DNA of 64,000 nt from Taeniopygia guttata (lineage: Eukaryota): NCBI RefSeq assembly GCF_048771995.1, contig NC_133041.1, positions 4,663,324-4,727,323 of the forward strand, given 5' to 3'. Shown piece after piece: positions 46,581 through 59,029 of the stretch. Under the pieces are notes generated by a model. The model made no database searches and was not told the origin of the DNA. It saw nothing but the letters and a program-made list of their open reading frames with translations. The stretch's first letter is position 1. Every line of letters begins with the position of its first letter. The position numbers and the translations under genes were made by a program.

Positions 46581-47979
46581 GTCAGTGACCGGTCCAGGGG
46601 TCACTCAGTGGTCACTCAGTGGTCACTCCGTGGTCACTCAGTGGTCACTCAGTGGTCACTCAGTGGTCACTCATTGGTCACTCAGTGGTCACTCAGTGGT
46701 CACTCATCGATCACTCCAGGGTCACTCTGAGGTCACTCCAGTGGTCACTCAGTGGTCACTCTATCGCCAATCCAGAGGTCACCCACTGGTCAGTTCAAGG
46801 TCAATTCCAGGGTCACTCAGTGGTCACTCAAAGGCCATTCCAGTGGTCACTCAGTGGTCACTCAGTGGTCAGTTCAGGGTCACTTTGTGACCGATCCATG
46901 TGGTCACTCAACGGTCACTCAGTGACCAGTCCATGGGTCAATCCAGTGGTCACTCAGTGGTCACTTGTGACTTCATTTCCAGTGGTCACTCAGTTACCAT
47001 TCCAGTGGTCACTCAGTGGTCACTCCAAGACCAATCCAGTGGTCACTCAGTGGTCAGTTTGTGGTCACTTCCAGGGGCCAATCCAGTGGTCACTCTGTGG
47101 TCACTCTGTGGTCACTCCGTGGTCACTCCAAGGCCATTCCAGTGGTCACTCAATGGTCACTCAGTGGTCACTCTTTGGTCACTCAAAGGCCATTCCAGTG
47201 GTCACTCAGTGGTCAGTTCAGGGTCACTTCCATGGTCACTCTGTGGTCACTCAGTGACCAGTCCATGGGTCAATCCAGTGGTCACTCAGTGGTCACTTGT
47301 AGCTTCGTTTCCAGTGGTCATTCCAAGGCCAACTCAGTGGTCACTCACTGGTCACTTCAAGGTCACTTCCAGGGTCACTCTGAGGTCACTCTGTGGTCAC
47401 TTCCAGGGTCATTCCAAGTCCATTCCAGTGGTCACTCAGTGGTCACTCCATGTGGTCACTCTGGTCACTTGTGACTTCATTTCCAGTGGTCACTCAGTGG
47501 TCACTCCAAGGCCAACTCAGTGGTCACTCCATGGTCACTCAGTGGTCACTCAGGGGTCACTTCCAGGGTCACTCTGTGACCAGTCCATGGGTCAATCCAG
47601 TGGTCACTCAGTGGTCACTCAATGGTCAGTTTAGGGTCACTTTGTGACCGATCCATGGGGTCACTCAGTGGTCACTCATTGGTCACTCTGAGGTCACTCC
47701 AGGGGTCACTCAGTGGTCACTTCCAGGGTCACTCCAAGGCCATTCCAGCGGTCACTCAGTGGTCACTCAGGGGTCACTCAGTGGTCACTCCAAGGCCAAC
47801 TCAGGGGTCACTCAGTGGTCACTCAATGGTCACTTCAGGGTCACTTTGTGACCGATCCATGTGGTCACTCAGCGGTCACTCCAAGGCCAATCCAGTGGTC
47901 ACACAGAGGTCACTCACTGGTCACTCAATGGTCACTCAGTGGTCACTCAGGGGTCACACAGAGGTCACTCACTGGTCAC

Positions 47980-48081
47980 TCAGTGGCCGCAGAAGACGGC
48001 GTGAGCGGCCAGGGCGACCCCTCCGGCCGCGGCGATGGCGACTTCGGCCATGAGAGTGACCACAGCGACGGCCAACGGCTG
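47980..48081 (-). CDS. CLN3: CLN3 terminal exon, translating QPLAVAVVTLMAEVAIAAAGGVALAAHAVFCGH followed by a stop
   Basis: The reverse-complement translation aligns with the human CLN3 C-terminus [32 protein letters not shown]. The acceptor cccccag| is at 48082/48083 and the stop codon is the complement of 47980-47982. Confidence 0.72.
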   Translation of the reverse strand, partial: QPLAVAVVTLMAEVAIAAAGGVALAAHAVFCGH

Positions 48082-48707
48082 CTGGGGGAGGGGCAGCTGC
48101 GGACAGCGGGCAGCGGTCACTCGGGGTCACTCGGGGTCACTCGGGGTCACTCGGGGTCACTCGGGGTCACTCAGGGGTCACTCAGGGGTCACTCATTGGT
48201 CACTCAGTGGTCACTCAGGGGTCACTCATTGGTCACTCATTGGTCACTCGGGGTCACTCAGGGTCACTCATTGGTCACTCGGGGTCACTCAGGGTCACTC
48301 AGGGGTCACTCATTGGTCACTTGGGGTCACTCGGGGTCACTCGGGGTCACTCAGGGTCACTCAGGGGTCACTCGGGGTCACTCATTGGTCACTCAGGGGT
48401 CAGGGGTCACTCAGAGTCACTCAGGGTCACTCGGGGTCACTCGGGTCACTCAGGGTCACTCAGGGTCACTCGGGGTCACTCGGGGTCACTCGGGGTCACT
48501 CAGGGTCACTCAGGGGTCACTCATTGGTCACTCAGGGGTCACTCAGGGTCACTCAGGGGTCACTCATTGGTCACTCAGGGGTCACTCAGGGGTCACTCAG
48601 GGTCACTCAGGGTCACTCAGGGTCACTCAGGGTCACTCAGGGTCACTCAGGGGTCACTCGGGGTCACTCAGGGGTCAGAGGTCACTCCGGGGTCAGAGGT
48701 CACTCAC

Positions 48708-48851
48708 CTCTCCGGCCAGGTTGGCGAATCCGTTCCCGTAGGCCCCTCCCCCCACCAGCCCCTCCCCCACCATCAGCGCCGCGGCCACGCCCAGCCCCGG
48801 CAGCAGCTGATTGGTCGCCACCGCAGCCAATAGGAACGCGGCGAGCAGCGC
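48708..48851 (-). CDS. CLN3: CLN3 exon, translating ALLAAFLLAAVATNQLLPGLGVAAALMVGEGLVGGGAYGNGFANLAGE
   Basis: Aligns to human [51 protein letters not shown]. The acceptor ccccag|gcg and donor gagag|gtgagtgacc are read on the minus strand. Confidence 0.82.
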
Positions 48852-48899
48852 CTGGGGGCGGGGCCAGCAGAGGGGCGGGGCCAGCACAGGGGGCGGGGC

Positions 48900-50590
48900 C
48901 AGAGGAAATGGGGGAAAAAAGAGAGAAACGGGAAAAATTAGTTAGAAATGGGGAAAAATGAGTTTAAAATGGGGTAAACGGGGGAAAAATGGGGGAAAAA
49001 TGGGGGAAATTGGGAACATTGGGGGAAAATGGAGGAAATGGGGAAAAATGGAGGAAATGGGGAAAAATTTGGGAAAATGGGGAGAAAATGGGGGAAATTG
49101 GGGAAAAAATTGGGGGAAATAGGGAAAAAATGGGGAAATTGGGGGGAAATGGGGAAATGGAAGAAATAGGGGGAAATGGGAAAAAAGGGAAAAATAGGGG
49201 GAAAAATTGGGGGAAAAATTGGGGGAAAAATTGGGGGAAAAATTGGGGGGAAAAATTGGGGGAAAAATGTGGAAATTGGGGAATAGATGGGGGAAATTGC
49301 AGAAAATGGGGGAAATGGGGAAAAAAGGGGGAAATTTGGGATAAAATGGGGGAAATAGGGAAAATTGATAAAAACGGGGGAAATCGGGAAAAAATGGGAA
49401 ATTTTGGATTAGAGTTGGGGGAAATTGGGGAAAAATGGGGGGAAATGGGAAAAAAATGAGGTAAACATGGGGAAAATTGGGGAAAATGAGTTAAAAATGG
49501 GGAAAATGGGGGAAAATGGGGAAAATGGGGGGAAATGGGGGAAATGGGGCAAAAAATGGGGGAAATTAGTTTAAAATGGGGAAAATTAGTCAGAAATGGG
49601 GAAAGTTAGTTAAAAATGGGGAAAGTTAGTTAAAAATTAGGGAAATGGGGAAAAACGGGCAAAATGGGAAAAAAATTGGGAAAAATGGGGGGAAATCAGG
49701 AGAAAATAGGGGAAATGGGGGGAAAAAGAGAGAAATGGGAAAAACGAGTTAAAATGTTGGAAATAAGGGAAAAAATTGGGGAAATGGGGAAAAAATGGGG
49801 GAAATGGGGAAAAATGGGGGAAATGAGTTTAAAATGGTGAAAATGAATTGAAAATGGGGAAAATGAGTTAAAATGGGGAAAATGGGGAAAAGACGGGGAA
49901 AACAGGGAAAAAATGGGGAAAATGAGTTAAAAATGGGCAAAATTGAGGGAATAGGGGAAATTCGGGGGGAATTGGGGAAATTTGGGGGGAAATGGGGAAA
50001 TTTGGATTGAAATTGGGGCAGGATTGGGATCTGTGGGGCAGGGCGGGGATCTATGGGGCAGACAGGATCTATAGGGCAGGATTTCAGGATCTATAGGTCA
50101 GACAGGATCTATAGGTCAGGAATGATCTATGGGTCAGGATCTGTGGGTCAGATCTATGGGGCAGACCTGTGCCAGCGCCAGCCCCCAGAGGGATCCATGG
50201 GGCAGGATTGGGATCTATGGGTCAGGATTTCAGGATCTATGGGTCAGATCTATGGGTCAGACAGGATCTATGGGTCAGGATTTCAGGATCTATGGGTCAG
50301 GATTTCAGGATCTATGGGTCAGGATTTCAGGATCTATGGGTCAGACAGGATCTATAGGGCAGGAATGATCTATGGGTCGGATCTATGGGTCAGACAGGAT
50401 CTATGGGGCAGATCTATGGGGCAGACCTTGGCCAGCGCCAGCCCCCAGAGGGATCCATGGGGCAGGATTGGGATCTATGGGTCAGGATTGGGATCTATGG
50501 GTCAGACAGGATCTATGGGTCAGGATTTCAGGATCTATGGGTCAGGATGGATCTATGGGTCAGATCTATGGGTCAGATCTATGGGGCAGA
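48900..50590 (+). repeat. ggggaaaatggggaaat array (48900-50000), then ggatctatgggtcaggatttca array (50000-50590) with two embedded copies of the CLN3 exon edge cagcgccagcccccagagg (about 50169 and 50428)
   Basis: The real exon edge is at 50592-50612. Confidence 0.8.
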
Positions 50591-50591
50591 C

Positions 50592-50685
50592 CTGAGCCAG
50601 CGCCAGCCCCCAGAGGCGCCGCAGGCGGACCCAGCGCAGCGACGAGCGGGAGGCGAAGACGCCGGCCTGGTACAGCAGCTGCAGC
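50592..50685 (-). CDS. CLN3: CLN3 exon, translating (T)[31 protein letters not shown]
   Basis: Aligns to human [32 protein letters not shown]. The acceptor is gcccag|gctg and the donor ctcag|gtctgc. Confidence 0.85.
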
Positions 50686-51650
50686 CTGGGCGGGAAGGGG
50701 TTAAAATATCACATTTTTGGGGTAAAAAACGGCGATTTCGGGGCTGAAAATTTGGGGGAAAAATTGGGATTTTTTGGGGTTAAAAATGGGATTTTTGGGA
50801 GATAAAATTTGGGATTTTTGGGGGGAAATTTGGGATTTTTTGGGGTTAAAAATGGGATTTTTGGGCATAAAATTGGGGAATTTTGGGGTTAAAATTTGGG
50901 ATTTTTTGGGGTTAAAAATGGATTTTTTTGGGGGTTAAAAATGGGATTTTTGGGGGAAAAATGTGGCAATTTTGGGGTTAACGTTCAGGAGTTTTGGGGT
51001 TAAAAATGGGATTTTTTTGGGGGTAAAATTTGGGAATTTTGGAGTTAAAATTTGGGAACTTTCGGGACAGGATTTGGAATTTCGGGGATAAATTTTGGGA
51101 ATTTTAGAGATAAAAGTTGGGAACTTAAGGGGATAAAATTTGGGGATTTTAGAGATAAAATTTGGGAATTTTCAGGACAGAATTTGGAATTTTGGGGATA
51201 AAATTGGGGGATTTTGGGGGGATAACATTTGGGAATTTTGGGGTTAAAGTTTGGGATTTTTTGGGGGGAAAATGGGATTTTTGGGGGATAAAATTGGGGA
51301 ATTTTAGAAATAAAAATGGGGAGTTTTTGGGGATAAAATTGGGGAATTTTAGAGATAAAATTTGGGAATTTTCAGGACAGAATTTGGAATTTTGGGGATA
51401 AAATTTAGAGATTTTGGGGAGGTAAAATTTGGACATTTTGAGGGATAAAAATTGAGAACTTTTGGTTGAAAATCGGGAATTTTGGGTATGAAAACCTGGG
51501 AATTTTCGAGGATAAAATTGGGAATTTTTGGGGATAAATTTTGGAAAATTTCAGGGGGATAAAACCGGGAATTCGGGCGACAAACCTGTGGAATTTTGGG
51601 GTAAAAAAGGGGAATTTTTGGGGTAAAAAAGGGGATTTTGGGTCACTCAC

Positions 51651-51706
51651 GTGCGGTACTGGGCGCTGTGGGGGAGGGGCGAGGAGGGGAAGTAGAGCAG
51701 CTCCAT
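51651..51706 (-). CDS. CLN3: CLN3 exon, translating MELLYFPSSPLPHSAQYR(T)
   Basis: Aligns to human FELLFFWNTSLSHAQQYR. The acceptor is ccacag|atg and the donor cgcac|gtgagtgacc. Confidence 0.78.
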
Positions 51707-52269
51707 CTGTGGGGGAGGGGCGGGGCGGGGCTTAAAAACACAAGCCCCGCCCACTACTCAAATATGCAAATCGCGCCCCTCCCCCACCCCAAATCTGCCA
51801 TATTTTCCCCTCCCCCACCCCAAACCCGCCATTTTAGCCCCTCCCCCACCCAATTTCCCCCATTTTAGCCCCTCCCAAACTCATTAGGCCCCTCCCCCAC
51901 CCCAAATCCACCATCTTGGACCCCTCCCCCACCCCAAATCCGCCATATTTTCCCCTCCCCCACCCCAAATCTGCCATTTTAGCCCCTCCCCACCCTAAAT
52001 CTGCCATATTGGACCCCTCCCCCCTCCCCAAATCCGCCATTTTATCCCCTCCCTCACCCATATCCGCCATTTTGGATTCTTCCCCCACCCCAAATTTGCC
52101 ATTTTAGCCCCTCCCCCATAAAAAATCCACCATCTTTCCCCTCCCCCACCCCAATTTAGCCCCTTCCAAACTCTTTAGGCCCCTCCCCCGGCCCTTTAGG
52201 CCCCTCCCCCACCCCCTCAAGCCCCTCCCCCACCCCAGGCCCCTCCCCCTCAGGCCCCGCCCCTCTCAC

Positions 52270-52338
52270 CAGCCCCATGTTAACGAAGTACTCGGCGAAG
52301 TAAACGACGCTCAGTGGCGCCCCCTGCCGGAGCGCGGC
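52270..52338 (-). CDS. CLN3: CLN3 exon, translating AALRQGAPLSVVYFAEYFVNMGL
   Basis: Contains VVYFAEYFxNxGL, diagnostic of CLN3 (human PLVVVYFAEYFINQGL). The acceptor is cccccag|gcc and the donor ggctg|gtgagag. Confidence 0.85.
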
Positions 52339-54068
52339 CTGGGGGGGCGGAGCTTGTTTAGGCCACGCCCCCTTTTAATCACAAAGCCCCTCCCACCGCC
52401 CCAAGCCCCGCCCACTCCCTTCAGCCCCTCCCCTCCGCAAATTTCTGAATTTTAACCACAAAAATTCCCATTTTTTACCCCGAAATCTTTGAATTTAAAC
52501 CCCCAAAACCCCCAAAATTTTAATCGCCAAAATTCTCAATTTTTGACTGCAAAATTTCTGGTTTTTTACCCAAAAAATCCTAAATTTTATCCCCCAAATT
52601 CCCAAATTTTATCCCAAAAATTCCAAAATTTTAACTCAGAAACACTTAAAATTTGATCCAAAATTTCCCCAATTTTTTAACCCCAAAAATTCCCATTTTT
52701 TACCCCAAAATTTCCGAATTTAAAGCCCAAAATCTCAAAAATTCCAAAATTTTATCTCAGAAACACTTAAAATTTGATCGAAAAATTACCCAATTTTTTA
52801 ACCCCAAAAATTCCCATTTTTTTATCGAAAAATTCCCAAATTTAAAGCCCAAAATCTCAAAAATTCCAAAATTTTAACTCAGAAACACCCAAAATTTGAT
52901 CCAAAAATTCCCCAATTTTTTAACCCCAAAAATTTCCATTTTTTACCCCAAAATTTCCAAATGTAAAGCCCAAAATTCCAAAATTTTCTCCCCTAAAATT
53001 CCCATTTTTTAACCCCAAAACTCCCAAATTTTCTCCCCAAAATTATCAAACTTTATCCCCAAAATTCCCAAATTTTAACCCCCAAATTTTGTGGTTTTTT
53101 TTAAACCAAAAATCCCAAGTTTTAACTCTAAAACACCCAAAATTTGATCCAAAAACACCCCAATTTTTTAACCCACAAAATTTTCAATTTTTAACCCCAA
53201 AACTCCCAAATTTTTACCTCAAAATTCCAGATTTTAACTCCAAAAATTCCCACTTTTTCCCCAAAAAAATTCCCAAGTTTAATCCAAAAAACTCCCAATT
53301 TTTAACTCCAAATTTCCGGTTTTCAACCCTTAAAATTTCCATTTATTTACGCAAAAATCCCAAATTTTATCCCAAAATTTCTAGTTTTTTTAACCCATAA
53401 ACCACAAAATTTAAGCTCAAAATTCCTGAATTTTATCCCCAAAAATTCTCAAATTTTAACTCCCAAACTCTCAATTTTTTACCCCAAAATTTCCAGTATT
53501 TTTACCCAAAAATACCAAATTTCATCCCCAAAATTCCCAAATTTTAACAACAATACTCCCAATTTTTATCCCCAAATTCCCAATTTTTAACCACAAAACT
53601 CCCAAATTTTAACTTCAAAATTCCAAGTTTTAACTCCAAAAATTCCAATATTTTACCCCAGAAATTCCCAGTTTTTAACTCCAAATTTCCAGTTTTCAAC
53701 CCTAAAATTTCAGGTTTTTTACCCAAAATTCCCAAATTTTATCCCAAAATGTCTAGGTTGTTTTAACCAATAAACCACAAAATTTAACCTAAAAATTCCC
53801 AATTTTTTAACCGCAGAAATCCCAAATTTTAACCCCCAAACTCTCAAATTTTAACCCCAAAATTTTCAGGATTTTTTACGGAAAAATACTAAATTTCATC
53901 CCCAAAATTCCCAAATTTTAACAACCATATACTCCCAATTTTTATCCCCAAAATTCCTAATTTTTATCCCCAGAATTCCCAATTTTTTACCCCAAAATTC
54001 CCAATTTTGGACCCAATTTCCCCTTTAAGCCCCGCCCCTTTCTCACCGTGGCCCCGCCCCCTTCTCAC

Positions 54069-54175
54069 CTTGGCCACGCCCCATTTCTCGGCCCAGGCCC
54101 CGCCCCCTTGGTCCGGGGGGGGGAGGGGCGGCTCCGGCGGGGGGGGAGGGGCGGGGCCCAGCAGGAAGAAAAAAC
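54069..54175 (-). CDS. CLN3: CLN3 candidate exon, translating ..FFLLGPALPPPPEPPLPPPDQGGGAWAEKWGVAK; its 5' boundary and junction phase are unresolved
   Basis: The 3' part ...AWAEKWGVAK|gtgaga aligns to human ...LSLRERWTVFK and joins the next exon in phase 0. The 5' part FFLLGPALPP resembles YFLLLTSPEA. Phase at the upstream junction does not close with the candidate acceptor cctcag| at 54176. Long poly-C runs (9 C) in the exon could hide an indel. Confidence 0.45.
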
Positions 54176-55393
54176 TGAGGGAAAAAAAGGAAAAATTGGG
54201 AAAAAATTAAAAATATTCATTAAAAACGGGAGGGGGAGGGGCCAAGGGAGGCCACGCCCAATCCGGGAGGGTTTTGGCGGGAAAATGGGGAAATTTGGCG
54301 GGAAAATGGGGAGGTTTTGGGACAAAAATTGGGATTTTTGGAGATAAAAAATTTGGGAAATTTTGGGGATAAAATCTGGGAGTTTTGCGGTTAAAATTTG
54401 GGAATTTTAAGGGTAAATTTTGTGACTTTCTGCGGATAAAAATTGGGAATTTTGGGGTTAAAACTTGGGAATTCTTGGGGTTAAAAATTCACAATTTTGT
54501 GGATAAAATTGAGAGTTTTGGGGATAAAATTTGGGAATTTCTGGGGTTAAAATTTGGTAATTTTGGGGACAAAATTGGGGAATTTTGGGTTAAAAATTGG
54601 GAAATTTTGGGATAAAACTTAAGAATTTTGGGATAAAATTTGGAATTTTTGGGTGAAAATTTGGAACTTTCGGGGAAAAAACGTTTGGGAACTTGGGGTT
54701 AAAAGAATTGGGAAATTTGAGAATTTTTGGGATGAAATTCAGGGATTTTGGGGTTAAAAACAGAATTTTTGGGTTAAAATTTGTCATAATTGGACATTAA
54801 AAATTGGACAACTTTGGGCTTAAAATTGGGAATTTTTAGGTTAAAAATTGGGATTTCGGGGATAAAATTTGGGAATTTTGATGTTAAATTTTTGTATTTT
54901 GGGGTAAAAAACCTGGAAATTTTGGGGTTAAAAATTTGGAGTTTCGGGGTTCAAAGTTTGAGAATTTTTGGGCATAAAATTTGTGAATTTTGAGCTTAAA
55001 TTTTGTGGTTTATGGGTTAAAAACCTAGAAATTTTAGGATAAAATTTGGCAATTTTGGGTAAAAAACTGGAAATTTGGAGTTTAAAATTGGGAATTTTTT
55101 GGATAAAAATTGGAATTTTTTTGGGTAAAGAATGGGGATTTTTGGAGTTAAAATTTGGAATTTTGAGGTTAAAATTTGGGAGTTTTGTGGTTAAAATTTG
55201 GGGTTTTGGGGTTAAAAATTGAGAATTTTCGGGTTAAAATTTGGCGTTATTGGAGGTTAAAAATTCAGGAATTTGGGGTTAAAATTCGGGAATTTTTTGG
55301 GGTTTAAACTGGGAAGTTTCAGGTTAAAAATTTGAGATTTTTTGGGGTTAAAATAAAGAATTTTGGGTGAAAAAAAGGAAATTTTGGTCTCAC

Positions 55394-55534
55394 CTGAGCA
55401 GCATGAGGGGGGGCAGGGCCAGGAAGGGCAGCAGCGAGTGGGGGAGGGGCAGCCACGCCCGCAGCCCCCAAAACGCCAAAGCCCCGCCCAGCCCGGCCCC
55501 GCCCGTCCCCGACGACCAATGGGAGAGCCCGGAG
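55394..55534 (-). CDS. CLN3: CLN3 exon, translating (S)[46 protein letters not shown]
   Basis: Aligns to human [48 protein letters not shown]. The acceptor is ccgcag|ctcc and the donor gctcag|gtgagacc. Confidence 0.78.
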
Positions 55535-56266
55535 CTGCGGGGGGCGGAGCCCGGTCAGAATGGCCACGCCCACTTCGAATTTTACTCAATTTCTGCGATT
55601 TTTGACCCAATTTTGGGATTTTGACCCAATTTTTGGGATTTTGGACCAAATTTTTGGGATTTTGGTCCCAATTTTTGGGATTTTTGGACCCCATTTTGGG
55701 AGATTTAAACCAATTTTAAAGCCTCAGCCCCAATTTGCATAGCCACGCCCACCTGACCCCGCCCAAATCCAATTTTTTGTAAATTTAAACGAATTTTCGC
55801 AAATTTTGACCCAATTTGGGTGATTTTGACCCAATTTTGCTGATTTTGACCCCATTTTTGGATAATTTAAAGTCATTTTAGAGCCCCAACCCCATTTTTG
55901 CATAACCACACCCACCCACAAAAAGCTCCGCCCAGTTGGCCCCACCCCAAATCCTTTTTTTTTTGTAATTTTGGATAAAATTCGTCCAATTTTGACCCAA
56001 TTTTGGGTGACTTCGACCTGATTTTGTAAGATTTAAACAAAATTTAAAGCCCCACACCCACTTTTGCATAACCACGCCCCCCACAAGAAGCCACGCCCAC
56101 AAGGCAAAAAAAATTTAACAATTTTGGTGATTTTTGACCAAATTTGAGAAATTTTGCCCCAAATTTTTGGGTTTTTTTTGGCCCCTCCCCCTTCTGAGGT
56201 GTGGCCCCAGGTGGGCGTGGCCCTGAGGTGAGGCCACGCCCCCCGAGCGAGGCCACGCCCCCTTAC

Positions 56267-56339
56267 CTGGGGTAGGAGGAGGCCAAGGTCAAGAAGGTCA
56301 CCTCGCCAAGCCCCGCCCCCGCACTGCCCAGCGCCACAC
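56267..56339 (-). CDS. CLN3: CLN3 exon, translating (G)[23 protein letters not shown](S/R)
   Basis: Aligns to human [25 protein letters not shown]. The acceptor is cactcag|gt and the donor ccccag|gtaagg. Confidence 0.85.
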
Positions 56340-57195
56340 CTGAGTGACCAATGGGGGAGCGTGAGTGACCGGTGAGTGACCTCTGACCCCGAGTGACACT
56401 GAGTGACCCATGAGTGACCCCAGAGTGACCCCTGAGTGACCAATGAGTGACCAGTGAGTGACCCCGAGTGACCCTGAGTGACCCTGAGTGACCACTGAGT
56501 GACCCCTGAGTGACCAATGAGTGACCCTGAGTGACCCCTGAGTGACCAATGAGTGACCAATGAGTGACCAATGAGTGACCAATGAGTGACCACTGAGTGA
56601 CCCCTGAGTGACCCCGAGTGACCCCTGAGTGACCAATGAGTGACCCCGAGTGACCAATGAGTGACCAATGAGTGACCAATGAGTGACCCCGAGTGACCAA
56701 TGAGTGACCAATGAGTGACCCCTGAGTGACCCCTGAGTGACCCCTGAGTGACCCTGAGTGACCAATGAGTGACCAATGAGTGACCCTGAGTGACCCTGAG
56801 TGACCAATGAGTGACCAATGAGTGACCCTGAGTGACCAATGAGTGACCAATGAGTGACCAATGAGTGACCCTGAGTGACCCTGAGTGACCAATGAGTGAC
56901 CCTGAGTGACCCCTGAGTGACCACTGAGTGACCCCTGAGTGACCCCGAGTGACCCTGAGTGACCCTGAGTGACCCTGAGTGACCACTGAGTGACCCCTGA
57001 GTGACCCCGAGTGACCCTGAGTGACCCTGAGTGACCCTGAGTGACCCTGAGTGACCACTGAGTGACCCTGAGTGACCAATGAGTGACCCCGAATGACCCC
57101 TGAGTGACCCCTGAGTGACCCTGAGTGACCCCTGAGTGACCCTGAGTGACCCCGAGTGACCCCTGAGTGACCCCGAGTGACCCCGAGTGACCGCT
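56340..57195 (+). repeat. gtgaccaatgagtgaccc / gtgaccctgagtgaccc array between two CLN3 exons, the reverse complement of the GTGAGTCAC-type donor satellite
   Basis: On the minus strand it reads ggtcactcagg units. It abuts the acceptor of exon 56267-56339 and the donor of exon 57199-57284. Confidence 0.88.
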
Positions 57196-57198
57196 CAC

Positions 57199-57284
57199 CC
57201 CCCAGGCCGCTCAGGGTCCCTCTGGCCGCGGCCACGGCGCTGAGGCTGCCCCAGAGGCAGAGAGCCACGGCCACCGCGCGGCAC
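57199..57284 (-). CDS. CLN3: CLN3 exon, translating (R)CRAVAVALCLWGSLSAVAAARGTLSGLG(G)
   Basis: Aligns to human [28 protein letters not shown]. The acceptor is ccgtag|g and the donor gggg|gtgagcgg. Confidence 0.8.
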
Positions 57285-57299
57285 CTACGGGACAAAAAT

Positions 57300-58800
57300 C
57301 CCCTTTTTTACCCCCAAAATTCACTTTTTTAACCCCAAATTCCCTTTTTTAAATAAAAACAATTCTTTTCCCAAAAAAAATCCGTTTGTACCTCTCCAAA
57401 ATTCCATTTTTTCCCCCCTTAAATCCCGTTTTCTCTCTAAAACTTGCATTTCCTGCCGTAAAAATTCCCATTTTTTACCTCAAAATTCCCTTTTCACTCT
57501 AAATTCCCTTTTTCTGCCTAAAAATCCTTTTTCCCCAAAAAAATTCTTTTTTTATTCCCCAAAGTTCCACTTTTTCCCCATAAAAATTTCCTTTTTTCAT
57601 TGCATATTCACTTTCTCCCCCAAAATTCCATTTTCCCCTATAAAAATCCCCCTTTTTCTCCCCAAAATTCCCTTTTCACCCAAATATCCCTTTTTAGCCT
57701 AAAAATCCTTTTTCCCCCAAAAAATTCTTTTTTTATTCCCCAAAGTTCCACTTTTCCCCCATAAAAATTTCCTTTTTTCACCCCCCAAAATTCCCTTTGC
57801 ACCCCAAAAATCCATTTTTTACACTAAAGTTGATTTCTGCCCCCAAAAATCCTTTTTTCTCTTTAAAAATTCCTTTCTCCCCTGAAAACTCCCTTTTAAT
57901 CTTTTAATTCCCAAATTTACAATTTTTCGCCCCAATATTCCCCTTTTTTCCCAAAAATCACACTTTTTTACCCTCAAATCCCCCTTCTCACCCCCAAATC
58001 CCATTTTCCATCCCAAAATTTCCCTTTTTTCCCCAAAAATCCCATTTTTTCCCTCTAAATTCCCCTTTTTTTTCTCAAAAATCCCATTTTTTCCCTCCAA
58101 ATTCCCCTTTTTTCCTGCATATTCACTTTCTCCCCAAAATTTCCATTTTCCCCTCTAAAATTTGCATTTTTCCCCATAAAAATTCTATTTTTTCACCCCA
58201 AAAATCCCTTTTTTACCCCAAAGTTGATTTTTTACCCCCAAAATCCCATTTTTTTCCCTAAAAATTCCTTTCTCCCCCTGAAAACTCCCTTTTAACCCCC
58301 AAATTTACAATTTTTGACCCCAAAATTCCCTTTTTTTCCCAAAAATCACACTTTTTCACCCTCAAATTCCCCTTTTCACCCCCAAATCCCATTTTCCATC
58401 CCAAAATTCCCCTTTTTTCCCCAAAAATCCCATTTTTTCCCTCTAAATACCCTTTTTTTCTCAAAAATCCCATTTTTTCCCTCCAAACTCCCTTTTTTCC
58501 TGCATATTCACTTTCTCCCCAAAAATTCCATTTTCCCTCTAAAATTTGCATTTTTCCCCATAAAAATCCACTTTTTTCACCCCAAAATTCCCTTTTCACC
58601 CTAAGTTCCCTTTTTCTGCCTAAAAATCCTTTTTCCCAAAAAAATTTCTTATTTTATTCCCCAAAACTCCACTTTTCCCCCATAAAAATTTCCTTTTTTC
58701 ACCTTCCAAAATTCCCTTTTTTTACCCCAAATCCCCTTTACCCCCCAAAATTCCCCTTTACACCCTCAACCTTTCTCATTTCCTCCCCAAAATTTGCATT
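57300..58800 (+). repeat. ccccaaaattccctttttt minisatellite with ~290-bp higher-order periodicity
   Basis: Seen directly (compare 57560-57780 with 58130-58330). Confidence 0.85.
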
Positions 58801-58909
58801 TTCCTCCCCAAAATCCCCTCCTTGCTCTCGCCCCGCCCAATTTAAGCCACGCCCCTTTATGCCACGCCCACTTTAATCCCCGCCCCTTTAAGCCCCGCCC
58901 CTTTCTCAC

Positions 58910-58989
58910 CTGTCGGGCAGGTACGGCCCCAGCAGGGGCAGCAGCAGCTTCACCACCAGGGCGGGGACGACGTCGGCCAATAGCACGGC
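58910..58989 (-). CDS. CLN3: CLN3 exon, translating AVLLADVVPALVVKLLLPLLGPYLPD(R)
   Basis: Aligns to human [30 protein letters not shown]. The acceptor is attcag|gcc and the donor gacag|gtgagaaag. Confidence 0.85.
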
Positions 58990-59029
58990 CTGAATGGCCA
59001 CGCCCACACGGCCACGCCCAGTTAAGCCC

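Larger units (their letters stand above)
50700..55380 (+). repeat. Series of CLN3-intron satellites: ggggataaaatttgggaatttt (50700-51650), cccctcccccaccccaaatccgccattttag (51720-52260), ccccaaaattcccaaattttaac (52380-54000), gggttaaaatttgggaatttt (54290-55380)
   Basis: Seen directly. CLN3 exons are less than 150-nt islands between these arrays. Confidence 0.85.

Noticed and set aside
56033-57295. A 420-aa minus-strand ORF, and 17450-18733, 38701-40784 and 39504-40784 as plus-strand ORFs
   Set aside because: All are repeat-encoded (gtgacc.tgagtgacc, ctcacattttcccgcc, gggtcatggttgggtc arrays). Only the short non-periodic ends of 56033-57295 are real coding sequence (CLN3 exons 56267-56339 and 57199-57284).
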